Source: Angelvirus px29 (lineage: Duplodnaviria > Heunggongvirae > Uroviricota > Caudoviricetes > Straboviridae). From it: DNA of 64,000 bases. Shown in pieces: positions 25,551 to 34,930 of this stretch. The stretch is from the IMG/VR virus record IMGVR_UViG_2700988902_000001, positions 75,520-139,519 of that record; one strand, given 5' to 3'. Position numbers and translations under genes: made by a program. The notes under the pieces were generated by a model. It made no database searches. It was not told the DNA's origin and was given only the letters and a program-made list of their open reading frames with translations. Positions within the stretch are counted from its first letter, which is position 1. Every line of letters starts with the position of its first letter.

Positions 25551-25639
25551 AAAATAATGCGCGTCCGGAACTCTCTTGTATAAAATTGGACTTTATGAGT
25601 GTCAGTTCCGACGCGACTTTTTCTGTTGTGTAAAACACA

Positions 25640-25742
25640 TTGTCGAGGCGACTGGATTCGAACCAGCGACCGAGTGCTTCTTATGTGCTCTCGTAAAAGT
25701 TCATAAGAAGGCACTTGCTCTATCCGTCTGAGCTACGCCCCG
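25640..25742 (-). tRNA. tRNA-Arg(TCT) with a 26-nt insertion (25680-25705) after U36
   Basis: Removing the insert gives AGTGC-CTTCTAA-GCACT; Arg-type D-loop GGATA. Confidence 0.8.
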
Positions 25743-25767
25743 GCAATGTGTTCTTGAATGACTGGAA

Positions 25768-26265
25768 TCAAGGACTCCAGTCAAAATTTAAATCTTCTGT
25801 ATACTCTTCAAGTATACGCAAGTTGTAATCGATTGTAAACGACTTTGGCAAAACAAAATCAGGGCCAACATCATAACTAGCGGTAATGTGTGGATGATAA
25901 TCAGGATAATCATGAGTTGCCCCATGTTTCTCTCTGATCTCTTTGTGTCTAGCGCCAAACCAAGGGTCTGTGAGCTTTAGCACAAGAGCACGTTTGCCGC
26001 TTTGTGTTTCGAAGATATCAGGAATCATGACACCTTGCAACGTTTTTTCCATAGTACCATACGCTTTGAAATCAGGCAAGTATTTTCTGGAGTAAACCAA
26101 CGTGGTGTGCATCTTATCATAGGGTACCAGATTAGGGATACCCATTTCGCGACATCTTCTAACAATAGCCATAGCAGTGCGAGGCTTGTAACGAACTGCT
26201 ACATAAGTGCCTCGCGTTTCTTTTTGCTCCGTCGTCTCAGTGAATTCTGAAAACGACAGCATCAT
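25768..26265 (-). CDS. 57B: gp57B 2H phosphoesterase (Acb1 anti-CBASS homolog)
   Basis: Two HxT motifs (MHTTL, HITA); T4 synteny 57B-57A-1-3. Confidence 0.85.
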   Translation of the reverse strand: MMLSFSEFTETTEQKETRGTYVAVRYKPRTAMAIVRRCREMGIPNLVPYDKMHTTLVYSRKYLPDFKAYGTMEKTLQGVMIPDIFETQSGKRALVLKLTDPWFGARHKEIREKHGATHDYPDYHPHITASYDVGPDFVLPKSFTIDYNLRILEEYTEDLNFDWSP

Positions 26266-26266
26266 A

Positions 26267-26500
26267 TTACTCGCTTACCAGCTCGCCGTCAACTGCTTTC
26301 GGAGCTTTCAGCTCTGCAATCTTAGCCAGATATGCTTCCGGTTGAGTTGCAGCTTCGCCTTCCAGTCCCAGCTCTTTAGCCAGTTGAGCGAAGAAACCTT
26401 GATAAAACTCAGATTCTTGAGTGCGAGCTTCTTGAGCATCAAACAGACGAACTTTCAGACTGTTCAGTTGTGCTTGCAGTTGTTGAACTTGTTCTTGCAT
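26267..26500 (-). CDS. 57A: Tail-fibre assembly chaperone
   Basis: LKVRLFDAQE coiled coil; synteny. Confidence 0.85.
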   Translation of the reverse strand: MQEQVQQLQAQLNSLKVRLFDAQEARTQESEFYQGFFAQLAKELGLEGEAATQPEAYLAKIAELKAPKAVDGELVSE

Positions 26501-27153
26501 TTCAATTCCTTATATGTAGTTAAGACTTTCTCACAAAATGACGTCAAATCGGCATCATTGTGAATGATTGGTTCATGTTCTAACGGATCTAATCCCCGTT
26601 CTGTAATGTGATTATCACACAGTTTTGTGTCGCGATAAACAAACATCATACTCCCGTTATTGCGTATGAACTCAATTTCATGAGTCTGACGAACATCAGG
26701 AATAATTATATCTTTATTTAGTGACTCTTTCATTAGCGGTATAAGCCAGTAATTAGTCTTGACTTGTACCATGATATCGGTGCCTAGAGTCTGCATCATC
26801 TGACGAATGGTCCAAGGCTCGTTATAATCGAGTTTCTCCGCGATCTCACAAGCTTTATACCAGTCTTCGATTTCCATTCTGTTATATGACAGATGCAAAT
26901 ATCTGAGACAATCAAGCATCATACCGAAATCAATAGTAAACAAATCAGTGTCTCGATTGACATTAGTTTTTCCATCGAAATCATCGAATGTAAGACCGAT
27001 TGTTCTACCGATGCCAAAATTCAATGCGAGCTTAATAGGAAACGCCAGAGAATAAATCTCTGCATTGCCACCAATATCAACTTCGTAATTTCTAACAAAA
27101 CGAGCGGCAGTATCTTTGCCGCTCCGTTTCTTACCGTGTATTCCAAGAAGCAT
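26464..27153 (-). CDS. 1: dNMP kinase
   Basis: GKKRSGKDT, LAFPIK, RQMMQTLGTD, PDVRQTHE, HITE. Confidence 0.92.
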   Translation of the reverse strand: MLLGIHGKKRSGKDTAARFVRNYEVDIGGNAEIYSLAFPIKLALNFGIGRTIGLTFDDFDGKTNVNRDTDLFTIDFGMMLDCLRYLHLSYNRMEIEDWYKACEIAEKLDYNEPWTIRQMMQTLGTDIMVQVKTNYWLIPLMKESLNKDIIIPDVRQTHEIEFIRNNGSMMFVYRDTKLCDNHITERGLDPLEHEPIIHNDADLTSFCEKVLTTYKELKCKNKFNNCKHN

Positions 27154-27161
27154 TATAAGCC

Positions 27162-27731
27162 TTATGCGTGAGAATAAAATGGGTGTAATTTAGGTGCACT
27201 GCCGTTTGAGCCAGCGATGTACGGTCTAATTTCAATCCCGTCTTTCTCAATCACAAACGACTTATACATAAATGTTACAGGCAACACAATAGGACTATTA
27301 CTCTCGTCCGTATAAGTAAATTCAACTTCACCCAAATTAGAGGGCCAAGCATCAATAAACTTGAACGTTAGTACGATCTTTTTCTTTGAGTTGTCTAAAA
27401 CGTGCAACAACAGAGTTCGAGGAACTGTTCCATCAATCTGTGCTGTGCTGTTCATCTTTGCATAGTCTACTACAGAAAGCATCCATTTGTAAACTTCCAC
27501 ATATGCGGATAGATTCTCGTCCATGAGCACTCTAATATTCAGCGGCTCAAAGTCAACGGCAGTTCCGGGTATTTTACCGACTGTCATTGGGTTAACTGGA
27601 ATTTCGATTGGGTTGATATTAATGCCGGGGATCGCGACCCCCTGCACTGCCATTTCAAACGCAATGGTACCACCAGAGTCTGGAATATCCAATCTAAAGT
27701 TCGTTACATGAGCTGGGTTACTGTGAATCAT
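27162..27731 (-). CDS. 3: Tail tube terminator / tail completion protein
   Basis: NFRLDIP, IPG, F.PL.IR.L.DENL..Y.E.YKWM, DAWP..LG. Confidence 0.88.
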   Translation of the reverse strand: MIHSNPAHVTNFRLDIPDSGGTIAFEMAVQGVAIPGININPIEIPVNPMTVGKIPGTAVDFEPLNIRVLMDENLSAYVEVYKWMLSVVDYAKMNSTAQIDGTVPRTLLLHVLDNSKKKIVLTFKFIDAWPSNLGEVEFTYTDESNSPIVLPVTFMYKSFVIEKDGIEIRPYIAGSNGSAPKLHPFYSHA

Positions 27732-29584
27732 CTATTTTGTACTCCATGTGGTGTTGAGTTGGAATATGGGTGATCTGACTGGAACCCAAATCCGCTGGTA
27801 TAGACGCTGGTATTATTGTTGCTCACATTACTGACCATTGCCATTCTTGCTTGAGTTGCGGCAGCTTCTCTCTGACGGTCGCGCTCTTTCTTTTCAGTCT
27901 CAGCGCGTTTCAGATTTTCGCCACTCTGTTCTACAGAAGCACTTTCTGGTGCCATGCCACTTTGAATATTAGCAACCGGAGATAATTTCTCTTTAATAGC
28001 CGATCCAGCATCTTCTACCATTTCGGTGACTTTGCCACCAGATACATAATCCGCGATGTCATACAGATCACTAAGCAATAATGCCGTACCAACGAATGGG
28101 ATAAATCTAGCAGCGACAGAACCGACAACTTTAGCAGCTCCTTTTAATGCAGCTTTCCCGCCGAGTCTCTCCATAATACCTTTTGTTCCAGCGGCAGCGG
28201 CTTTTGACCCAGCTTTACCTTCTACAGTCTCCGCAGCTTCGCCAAGAGCTTTACCCGGTTTCATTTCTGGTGCATTTGGCTTTCCGGGTTCAACTGTCTT
28301 CGGTTTCCCATCAGCGTCAATTTCAACATTAGGCTTTGGTTTCCCTTTTGCATCAGTCTTTGTTTTACCATCGGCATCAACATCGGGTTTCGGTTTTGGT
28401 TTTCCATTCTTATCAACGTCTGGAGTTTTTCCCATTTTCTTTTTGAAATCTGGGAATACTTTGTCGAACATACCAGCCAATGCTGTTTTCATCGCACCAG
28501 CAAATTTAGCAGCTAAACCACCAAGAGTCGTAATCAATAATCCAAATCGAGAGAATAGACCAGTTCCCAACATAGAAAGACTACCCAACAAACCGCTGAA
28601 CATTTTCATAATACCACCGATCAAGATCATTTTACCAAGATCTTTCAACACAGTGATTAACGATTTATGACGTTTGTCGTTCTCGCCACGTTCTTGTCTG
28701 TTTTCGTTTCTCTCTTGTTTCTGTTCTTTAGCCTCGGTATTAGCTTGTTCATCTTGAGTTCGTTCTTGACCAGATGTACCACGTTCTTCGTGAAACTTAC
28801 TGATCTCTTTCTGCTTGTCTCGTTGAAAGCTACTCTCTTTATATTTCTCAATAAGCTTACTTCCACCAGTCTTGACCATTTTACCAGTCGCGCCAGCGGC
28901 ACCGAGTACAGCACCTTTAGCCATGCCATATCCGGGAATATCTTTGAACACAGCACTTTCAACACCAGACACCATTGTACCAATCGCGTTGCTAACTGTG
29001 CTCATTGCACCTTTGGCAATATATTGAATTCCGGCGATTCCGGCGTCGCGAACTTCACGAACAATGAAATTCATCTTGGCATCTTTGTCTTTCTTGTCGC
29101 TAACTCGTTTGTCGTCCCGTTCTTTTCTGGACGTCATACCGCGCTCTTTGAGATACTTCGCTAGTGCTGCATCAACATCATCAGCGGGCTTGGCAGGCGA
29201 CGGCTCAGGCGCTGTATCTGGCGATGTCGGTTGACTTTCACCACTAGCAACTTGTTCCGAATATCTAACAATCGGAGATTGTTTACTGATCTTATTTTCT
29301 AACTCTGTTCTACGCTGTAATGCCTTTTGATAATCGTCCTCTATTGCCGCGCTATTGCGTTGAGAATAAGCTACCGTATCAATATACTCGGTAGCTCGTT
29401 CTGTTGCTTTGGTCTTATCTGTAATTGACTTGACCAACTTGTCTTCCGCTTTAGCAACATCGAGACTCGAATCGGTAGTCATATCGAATGCCGTTTCTAA
29501 GTCTCTTGCTTGTTTTCTGGTATCATCAAGCTGAACAGCGAGCTTCAAACTAGAGTCTTCTAAGATTTCATTTGATTCTTTCAT
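27728..29584 (-). CDS. 29: Baseplate hub / tape-measure protein
   Basis: Coiled-coil and low-complexity protein, RFIPFVG, C-terminal VSNNNT; follows 26-51. Confidence 0.65.
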   Translation of the reverse strand: MKESNEILEDSSLKLAVQLDDTRKQARDLETAFDMTTDSSLDVAKAEDKLVKSITDKTKATERATEYIDTVAYSQRNSAAIEDDYQKALQRRTELENKISKQSPIVRYSEQVASGESQPTSPDTAPEPSPAKPADDVDAALAKYLKERGMTSRKERDDKRVSDKKDKDAKMNFIVREVRDAGIAGIQYIAKGAMSTVSNAIGTMVSGVESAVFKDIPGYGMAKGAVLGAAGATGKMVKTGGSKLIEKYKESSFQRDKQKEISKFHEERGTSGQERTQDEQANTEAKEQKQERNENRQERGENDKRHKSLITVLKDLGKMILIGGIMKMFSGLLGSLSMLGTGLFSRFGLLITTLGGLAAKFAGAMKTALAGMFDKVFPDFKKKMGKTPDVDKNGKPKPKPDVDADGKTKTDAKGKPKPNVEIDADGKPKTVEPGKPNAPEMKPGKALGEAAETVEGKAGSKAAAAGTKGIMERLGGKAALKGAAKVVGSVAARFIPFVGTALLLSDLYDIADYVSGGKVTEMVEDAGSAIKEKLSPVANIQSGMAPESASVEQSGENLKRAETEKKERDRQREAAATQARMAMVSNVSNNNTSVYTSGFGFQSDHPYSNSTPHGVQNR

Positions 29585-29754
29585 GACTCACTAGCCTCCT
29601 TAGCTCGTTTATTTCTGTCATTAACGAATAGAGTACGATAAATGGCACGTTCAAAAGGAGTTGTTAATTCCAACTCGTCAATTGCCCATCCCTCTTTATG
29701 CATTTCGAAATTTACGGTGAATAGATCGTAAATCGAATCATTAACGAGGGTCAA
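29581..29754 (-). CDS. 51: Baseplate hub assembly catalyst (gp51-like)
   Basis: Read manually (TTG start; LELTTPFERAIY); overlaps the stop of 26 and the start of 29. Confidence 0.7.
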   Translation of the reverse strand: MTLVNDSIYDLFTVNFEMHKEGWAIDELELTTPFERAIYRTLFVNDRNKRAKEASES

Positions 29755-30527
29755 TCGAAAAAATCAGACAATCCTCGCAATGTATACGCCTCTGAATGAC
29801 CGCAGTGTGGACATTTAACAGCAACATCAAGAGTCGTCTGTGGAATATCGTTTACAAACTTAGCCATTTTTTCATAGCCGTTCGCATCAATATAATCCAG
29901 CAATTCGATCAACTCATTCGGCTGAATATCTTCTCCGACTTTCATAATCTCGCCGTTCATGTGAACTTCTTCGACACAGCGCATTGTGATATCAAATAGA
30001 TCTGACTCTTTTTCTACGTTAAAGAATTCAGATTCATATACGGTTGGATAGCGCATCTTGACATTAATCTTGTCACTCAGTTTAATCATGCTCTCTGGAA
30101 CTCTTGACAACTTAGCGCGAGCCAAGTTAGCGTTGACTTTAATCGGCGTTGAGCACTGACGTTGCGCAACGTGATCTCCATGCATAACCGGATTACCTTC
30201 GTCGTCAAGTTCGTCAACCATGTTCTGACAGATAAACGACACAGGAACCACTGAGGTGCCCTTAGACAGCTTCCATACTGTCAAGTATAACGTCTCTATG
30301 TCAAAGATCGGCAACGTCTCTACGTCGATACCAGCATTATCTACAATGCAATTTTTCAATACCTGCATCATTGCGTCTTCCATAGAAGATTCGCTCTCAT
30401 TAGCCAACATCATAATTTTGTACTCTTTCATTAAGAAAGCACGTACTTTCATTTTTTTACCATTAGACAGCTTGACAGATGATTGTTGAACTGCTTCCAA
30501 TAGCATATCTTTAGTGAACTTAGCCAT
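29751..30527 (-). CDS. 26: Baseplate hub subunit
   Basis: RAFLMKEYK, FDIE.LYL..W.LSKG, KMRYPT, C.HCG..L.GL.DFF. Confidence 0.9.
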   Translation of the reverse strand: MAKFTKDMLLEAVQQSSVKLSNGKKMKVRAFLMKEYKIMMLANESESSMEDAMMQVLKNCIVDNAGIDVETLPIFDIETLYLTVWKLSKGTSVVPVSFICQNMVDELDDEGNPVMHGDHVAQRQCSTPIKVNANLARAKLSRVPESMIKLSDKINVKMRYPTVYESEFFNVEKESDLFDITMRCVEEVHMNGEIMKVGEDIQPNELIELLDYIDANGYEKMAKFVNDIPQTTLDVAVKCPHCGHSEAYTLRGLSDFFD

Positions 30528-30552
30528 TCATAACTCCTTCGTTTTGTAAACT

Positions 30553-30721
30553 TATTTAGATAAATCGTGTCGATAGACTGCGAGCGTAGCGAGCTAAATG
30601 TTAAAAGAAGAGAAGATAAAGTTCCTTATATACCTTTAATGAAGATCTATCTTCTCTTCACCTTTAATTTCAATAGGTTAGCTACGCAGTCGCTGGCGCG
30701 ACTTCCTAGAGAAGTATACTA
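30553..30721. repeat. Palindromic intergenic element, copy 2 of 3
   Basis: See copy 1; abuts the late promoter of gene 26. Confidence 0.92.
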
Positions 30722-30741
30722 TTTGTACCGTTGTCAACTGA

Positions 30742-31731
30742 TTATGCGTTTTTGATCCCACGAATCATGCCTTTAGCACGATTATAGAAGGACTCAACAC
30801 TATTGACCAGATTATCTTTACCAGCATGTGCTGCTTGTGTCATGGTACTGACCGTGAACTCTACTTCAAAGGTAGCGATTTGATTATTATTCTCATAATC
30901 AAGCTGAACATCGCCAACATGAACTGGGAAACATCCATCGCTATGAACAACCGATGTCATTACACCTCGTCTGTTCAATGTCACAATATCGATATCTCTC
31001 GCATAGTTGCTATAAAACCCGAATGTCCCGTTCTTCGGATTATGAATAGAGTTCATCCAAGTTAAGAACCAAATACGCTCTGCATAATCGGACGAACAAT
31101 AGAAAGTCATTCTGATGTTATCGACTGATCTGTTTCTTACTTCGGTAAATGGCTTGCGTTCGTTATAATTGACTTGCGTATCGAAATTCGTTCCCGGCAA
31201 GTTGACTGATTTTACCATCAACGCTAAATCTCGGTTGACATCATAATCAGAACCCAAGAAACCATCTAACAACTCACCAGCTCCCGGAATCATTCTAACT
31301 AAAGTTGGGTCAATCGCCCCCATAATATTCTTGATCTTCGGACTAAGCAGTTTCTTGCCCTGATTCATTGCGATATCTTGAATTCGATGCCACTGAAAAC
31401 TCGTTCCACCAAAGAAACCACCAGTTGACTTGTTGATTGCGTCACCAACGCCACCAATCACATCACCAAGAGGTCCAAGATGATTTAGAATACCATCAGA
31501 CGCTGCTACACTTCGGAAGTCACCAAAGCGCACCAGAAACGTGTTTGCGCGAGCCAGATCTTTATTCTCAATCACTCGCATGAAGCGAGCAAAGTCCGGC
31601 GTTGAATTTGGATCGTCTGCTAATCTATCAGCAATGTAATCAATGCCATCTGACATCGCTTTACTCGCTAATCCCGGAATCTTACCGGGAATCTCTTTAA
31701 TATAACCTGCGGCTGTATCTAATAAGCCCAT
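30742..31731 (-). CDS. 54: Baseplate tail-tube initiator
   Basis: ARAN.F.V.F, SVNLPG, W...I.NP..G, LDYENNNQIATFEVEF. Confidence 0.85.
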   Translation of the reverse strand: MGLLDTAAGYIKEIPGKIPGLASKAMSDGIDYIADRLADDPNSTPDFARFMRVIENKDLARANTFLVRFGDFRSVAASDGILNHLGPLGDVIGGVGDAINKSTGGFFGGTSFQWHRIQDIAMNQGKKLLSPKIKNIMGAIDPTLVRMIPGAGELLDGFLGSDYDVNRDLALMVKSVNLPGTNFDTQVNYNERKPFTEVRNRSVDNIRMTFYCSSDYAERIWFLTWMNSIHNPKNGTFGFYSNYARDIDIVTLNRRGVMTSVVHSDGCFPVHVGDVQLDYENNNQIATFEVEFTVSTMTQAAHAGKDNLVNSVESFYNRAKGMIRGIKNA

Positions 31732-31746
31732 TATGATTCTCCTAAT

Positions 31747-31770
31747 AAAAAGGCGGCATATGCCGCCCTT
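31747..31770 (-). terminator. Rho-independent terminator
   Basis: GGCGGCA/TGCCGCC hairpin followed by a T run. Confidence 0.7.
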
Positions 31771-31777
31771 GTGTAAA

Positions 31778-32776
31778 TTAATAACCCTTCCAAACTTTCT
31801 GCGCACCAAACGATTTGCTCTGGGGTCCAGAAACAAATTTTTGTGATGGTAAGTAGATAACATTTACCCAGTCTTGTGGCTTGATCTCAATCATGCCACC
31901 TTTAATTCTCTGAGGAATATATGCCTTGATCATATGCTCTGCTCCGCGCATCGATTTAACCTTGTCCCAGTTAATCTTTAGTGCGGTCTTGTTGGTAATG
32001 CGATCTGTGCTTGCGTATTTCAACAACTCTTCCAGAAAGTCTTTACGTGCTTTCGGCGGAATATAGTGCAAGTTCAAACCCATCATCAGTCCCGGATATC
32101 TCAGACTCGGGCCAAGATATACAATCAAAGGATATACGTCCCAATATGGGAGTGTGTCTTTATGCTTTGCATCATAGATATAGGTATATAGTTTTCCAAT
32201 CGTTGGTTTGTTCGGTTTAAATCCACGAACGTTTTTCTTGATAACATCACTAAACCATTCGTTGGACTTTTTCTCATTCTTCTGAACAGAGTCCCGAGTT
32301 CTTGATTTAACTTGAGCGTTGAAATCTTGTTTCAACAAATCATATTTCTGCTTCGCAGTCAACTTGGATTTATTTTTCATCGAGTCTTCCAGATTCTTCT
32401 TGATGATAATATCATCCCTGAATTTTCTGAATGCTCTACTCATTGTCTCTTGATTGAGTTTCTTTTCTGCTGCGAATTTCGCAGGAGTCATTCCCTTTTC
32501 TTTCGCTCTCAGATAAGCAACTCCCAACTCTACCCATTGAGCTTTATTTTTGTTCGGGTTAATCGCGCTATAATATTCCTTGATGTCGTCTTTATATCGA
32601 CGCATAGCGCGACCAAACGTTTCATATTTCAGTCCGTTGTCGTCTGCGAACTTCTTGACTGTTAAGCTTGGTGTCTTTTTCTTAGCATCGAGGAACTTCA
32701 CGCCGATCGCCACCCACGAAGAACGATTTCGTTTTTCTGCTGGCGTTTCTGGAATTTCAATCTCTTCAAATATCAT
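31778..32776 (-). CDS. 2: DNA end protector
   Basis: G.LY.Y.YDAKHK.TLPYWD.YPL, GLNLHY. Confidence 0.92.
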   Translation of the reverse strand: MIFEEIEIPETPAEKRNRSSWVAIGVKFLDAKKKTPSLTVKKFADDNGLKYETFGRAMRRYKDDIKEYYSAINPNKNKAQWVELGVAYLRAKEKGMTPAKFAAEKKLNQETMSRAFRKFRDDIIIKKNLEDSMKNKSKLTAKQKYDLLKQDFNAQVKSRTRDSVQKNEKKSNEWFSDVIKKNVRGFKPNKPTIGKLYTYIYDAKHKDTLPYWDVYPLIVYLGPSLRYPGLMMGLNLHYIPPKARKDFLEELLKYASTDRITNKTALKINWDKVKSMRGAEHMIKAYIPQRIKGGMIEIKPQDWVNVIYLPSQKFVSGPQSKSFGAQKVWKGY

Positions 32777-33236
32777 CCTTCACTCCTTTAAATCCCATTC
32801 TCTTTAGAACATCTTCGGTTATGATATTAAATTTCCAACCCTTTTTCTGACACACATCGATTGTCGCTTTCCATTTCGATGTATTCACACCCCAAGTATA
32901 AACTTGATCCGCGAATCGTTTCTTTGCTGCTGCTGTATTTCGTGATGGTATAGCAGGCGGACGAGTCTCTGCGGCTGGCTTGACTTCCCAGAGTGAAATG
33001 TTACCGTCTTTCCAACAGATAGTCATATCAATAAAATATCTTCTTTTCTTTCCATCTGATTCTGAGAAATAAGGTATTACTGTGATCTCACTTCCCCACC
33101 ATTTAACTTCTGTGTTTCTATCAAGCATTTTCATGATAAAAAGCTCCCAGCTACTTCTGTATGTGATTTTGGAGTAATCACCTCTGTATTTTTCTTTATT
33201 TTCGGGTACAAATTTACCCTTATATGCTTGTGACAT
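32766..33236 (-). CDS. 4: Head completion nuclease
   Basis: YKGK, YRSSWE, RRYF.D, EVKP. Confidence 0.95.
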   Translation of the reverse strand: MSQAYKGKFVPENKEKYRGDYSKITYRSSWELFIMKMLDRNTEVKWWGSEITVIPYFSESDGKKRRYFIDMTICWKDGNISLWEVKPAAETRPPAIPSRNTAAAKKRFADQVYTWGVNTSKWKATIDVCQKKGWKFNIITEDVLKRMGFKGVKDDI

Positions 33237-33254
33237 AATTAACCTCTTTATATG

Positions 33255-33268
33255 TATTTAGCTAAATA
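33255..33268. promoter_or_regulatory. Back-to-back late promoters (perfect palindrome TATTTAGCTAAATA)
   Basis: CTAAATA on both strands between the divergent genes 4 and 48. Confidence 0.75.
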
Positions 33269-33290
33269 ATCATAAAAGGAGTCGTTAATA

Positions 33291-34364
33291 ATGGCACAGA
33301 AAATCACCATGCTCAATAATGGCGTGAAGACGATCTCGGATGCTGCTGGTAAATTCATCGGCAACTTTCTGAGTTCACCCGCCGGCGATGCTGGCATTCA
33401 AGCTCTACAATATCCATTGGCCATGAAAGGCGAAATAGAGCGACACAAAAACTATCTATGTTTCTATTGCGTCGAAGCAATGGGACAAGGACTATCAAAC
33501 GCTGATATTCAAAAACGAAGTCTGAACAGCGTTACTGGTAAGTTCAACGAAAAGACATTAGCAGTCATTCAAATGTATATGCCGAACTTAAACCAAAACG
33601 TCAGTCACGAATATAGCGATAATGACGGCGGTTTCTTGCAAGATATGGCAATGAATTATGCTGGTTCTGCCGGCTCTGGTGTTATCGAGGGCGCGAAAGA
33701 TCTTGGCAACGCATTCATGACAACCGCAATGCAACAAATCAGTGTTAATATTGGTAAAGCATCACAACAATACAACTCACAGATCTCCGGCAAAGTTCTT
33801 GGGAATCGCTCTGCTAATATGTATAAAAATACATCACTTAGAACTCAGACATTCTTGTATAACTTTCGACCAAAAAACGTTGCTGAACTCAAAGAAGTTG
33901 GACAAATTATTCGTGCGTTCTTAATCTATAGTTCGCCGTCAAATGCTGGAGTGACATCTGTCAATCAGATGCTCGATAAAATCGGCGGTGCTGCTACATC
34001 ACTGAAAACCGAAGCTGGTAATACAGGCGGTACAGAAAGTATTCAAGTTCTAAAAGTGCCACCTCTGTGGTATTTGGAAGAGCGTGTTAATAGTCAGTCT
34101 GATGTTGCCGAGATTAGATACACCCCAAAATTCGCAATGGGGCCCTGTGCGTTGTCGAATATTCGAATCACAAGCACTCCAGAACAGATTTATAACTCGT
34201 TCGCTGGTACTGCTGGTGACCCTATTGCAATCGATCTTGAACTGACATTCACAGAACTGCGCCCAGTTTTCAGAGAATATTGGGAATCGTTGACTGCCAA
34301 CTTGGGTGGACAGGACTCTGGACAATTCTTCTTTGGTTCATTTAGTGGTAAGGATAGCAAATAA
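33291..34364 (+). CDS. 48: Baseplate tail-tube cap
   Basis: YMP, R...F.Y.F.PKN..E...I..II..F, LELTFTE. Confidence 0.82.
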   Translation: MAQKITMLNNGVKTISDAAGKFIGNFLSSPAGDAGIQALQYPLAMKGEIERHKNYLCFYCVEAMGQGLSNADIQKRSLNSVTGKFNEKTLAVIQMYMPNLNQNVSHEYSDNDGGFLQDMAMNYAGSAGSGVIEGAKDLGNAFMTTAMQQISVNIGKASQQYNSQISGKVLGNRSANMYKNTSLRTQTFLYNFRPKNVAELKEVGQIIRAFLIYSSPSNAGVTSVNQMLDKIGGAATSLKTEAGNTGGTESIQVLKVPPLWYLEERVNSQSDVAEIRYTPKFAMGPCALSNIRITSTPEQIYNSFAGTAGDPIAIDLELTFTELRPVFREYWESLTANLGGQDSGQFFFGSFSGKDSK

Positions 34365-34930
34365 TGTTGATGCAATTTTTTGACCCAATCAAATATAACG
34401 GTATACCAACAGCTAATATTTTCAAGAGCTATGGCAAATATTTTAACGAAGTGGCAGGTAGCTTTGTGTTGCGCAAGTATTTCGTTTCTGGTGACCCCAG
34501 ACCCGAGCTATTAGCGCATAATCTATATGGCGACGTAAACTATTATTGGATCTTGTTGATGCTTAATAACATCTATGACCCATTTCACGGATGGATTAAG
34601 TCTCAAGAACAGGTACACAGCTCTGCTATTCAGAAATATAAAAACATGCCTGATAAAGAAAACACAGTTCTTTATCACGTAGATGCAAATGGTAAGGTTT
34701 ATTGGAGACTGACTGAATTCCCAGTCGGTTCTAAAAACTGGTATGACATCGGAGACACAGCACATCGCTTTATCCAGCACACTGGAGCATTAGCACCCGT
34801 TAGTGCTATTGAGCACGAACTAAACGAGAATGAGAACAAGCGTAATATTCTCATTCTGAGTCCGAGCGATCTGCAAACGTTTCTCGATATGTTGACCAGA
34901 CGAATGGAGAAAGTACGTCGTGGCAGTTGA
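34364..34930 (+). CDS. 53: Baseplate wedge subunit
   Basis: RPE.LA..LYG...YYWI.L..NNI.DP. Confidence 0.92.
   Translation: MLMQFFDPIKYNGIPTANIFKSYGKYFNEVAGSFVLRKYFVSGDPRPELLAHNLYGDVNYYWILLMLNNIYDPFHGWIKSQEQVHSSAIQKYKNMPDKENTVLYHVDANGKVYWRLTEFPVGSKNWYDIGDTAHRFIQHTGALAPVSAIEHELNENENKRNILILSPSDLQTFLDMLTRRMEKVRRGS

Noticed and set aside
25351-25714. ORFs overlapping the Leu/Arg tRNA genes (also 17656-17904, 19094-19279, 19967-20152)
   Set aside because: They are translations of tRNA sequence.
30567-30755. Short ORFs 30567-30755 and 59960-60163 with similar peptides
   Set aside because: They merely translate the DNA repeat. The inverted copy reads through its palindrome, so the similarity is not coding conservation.
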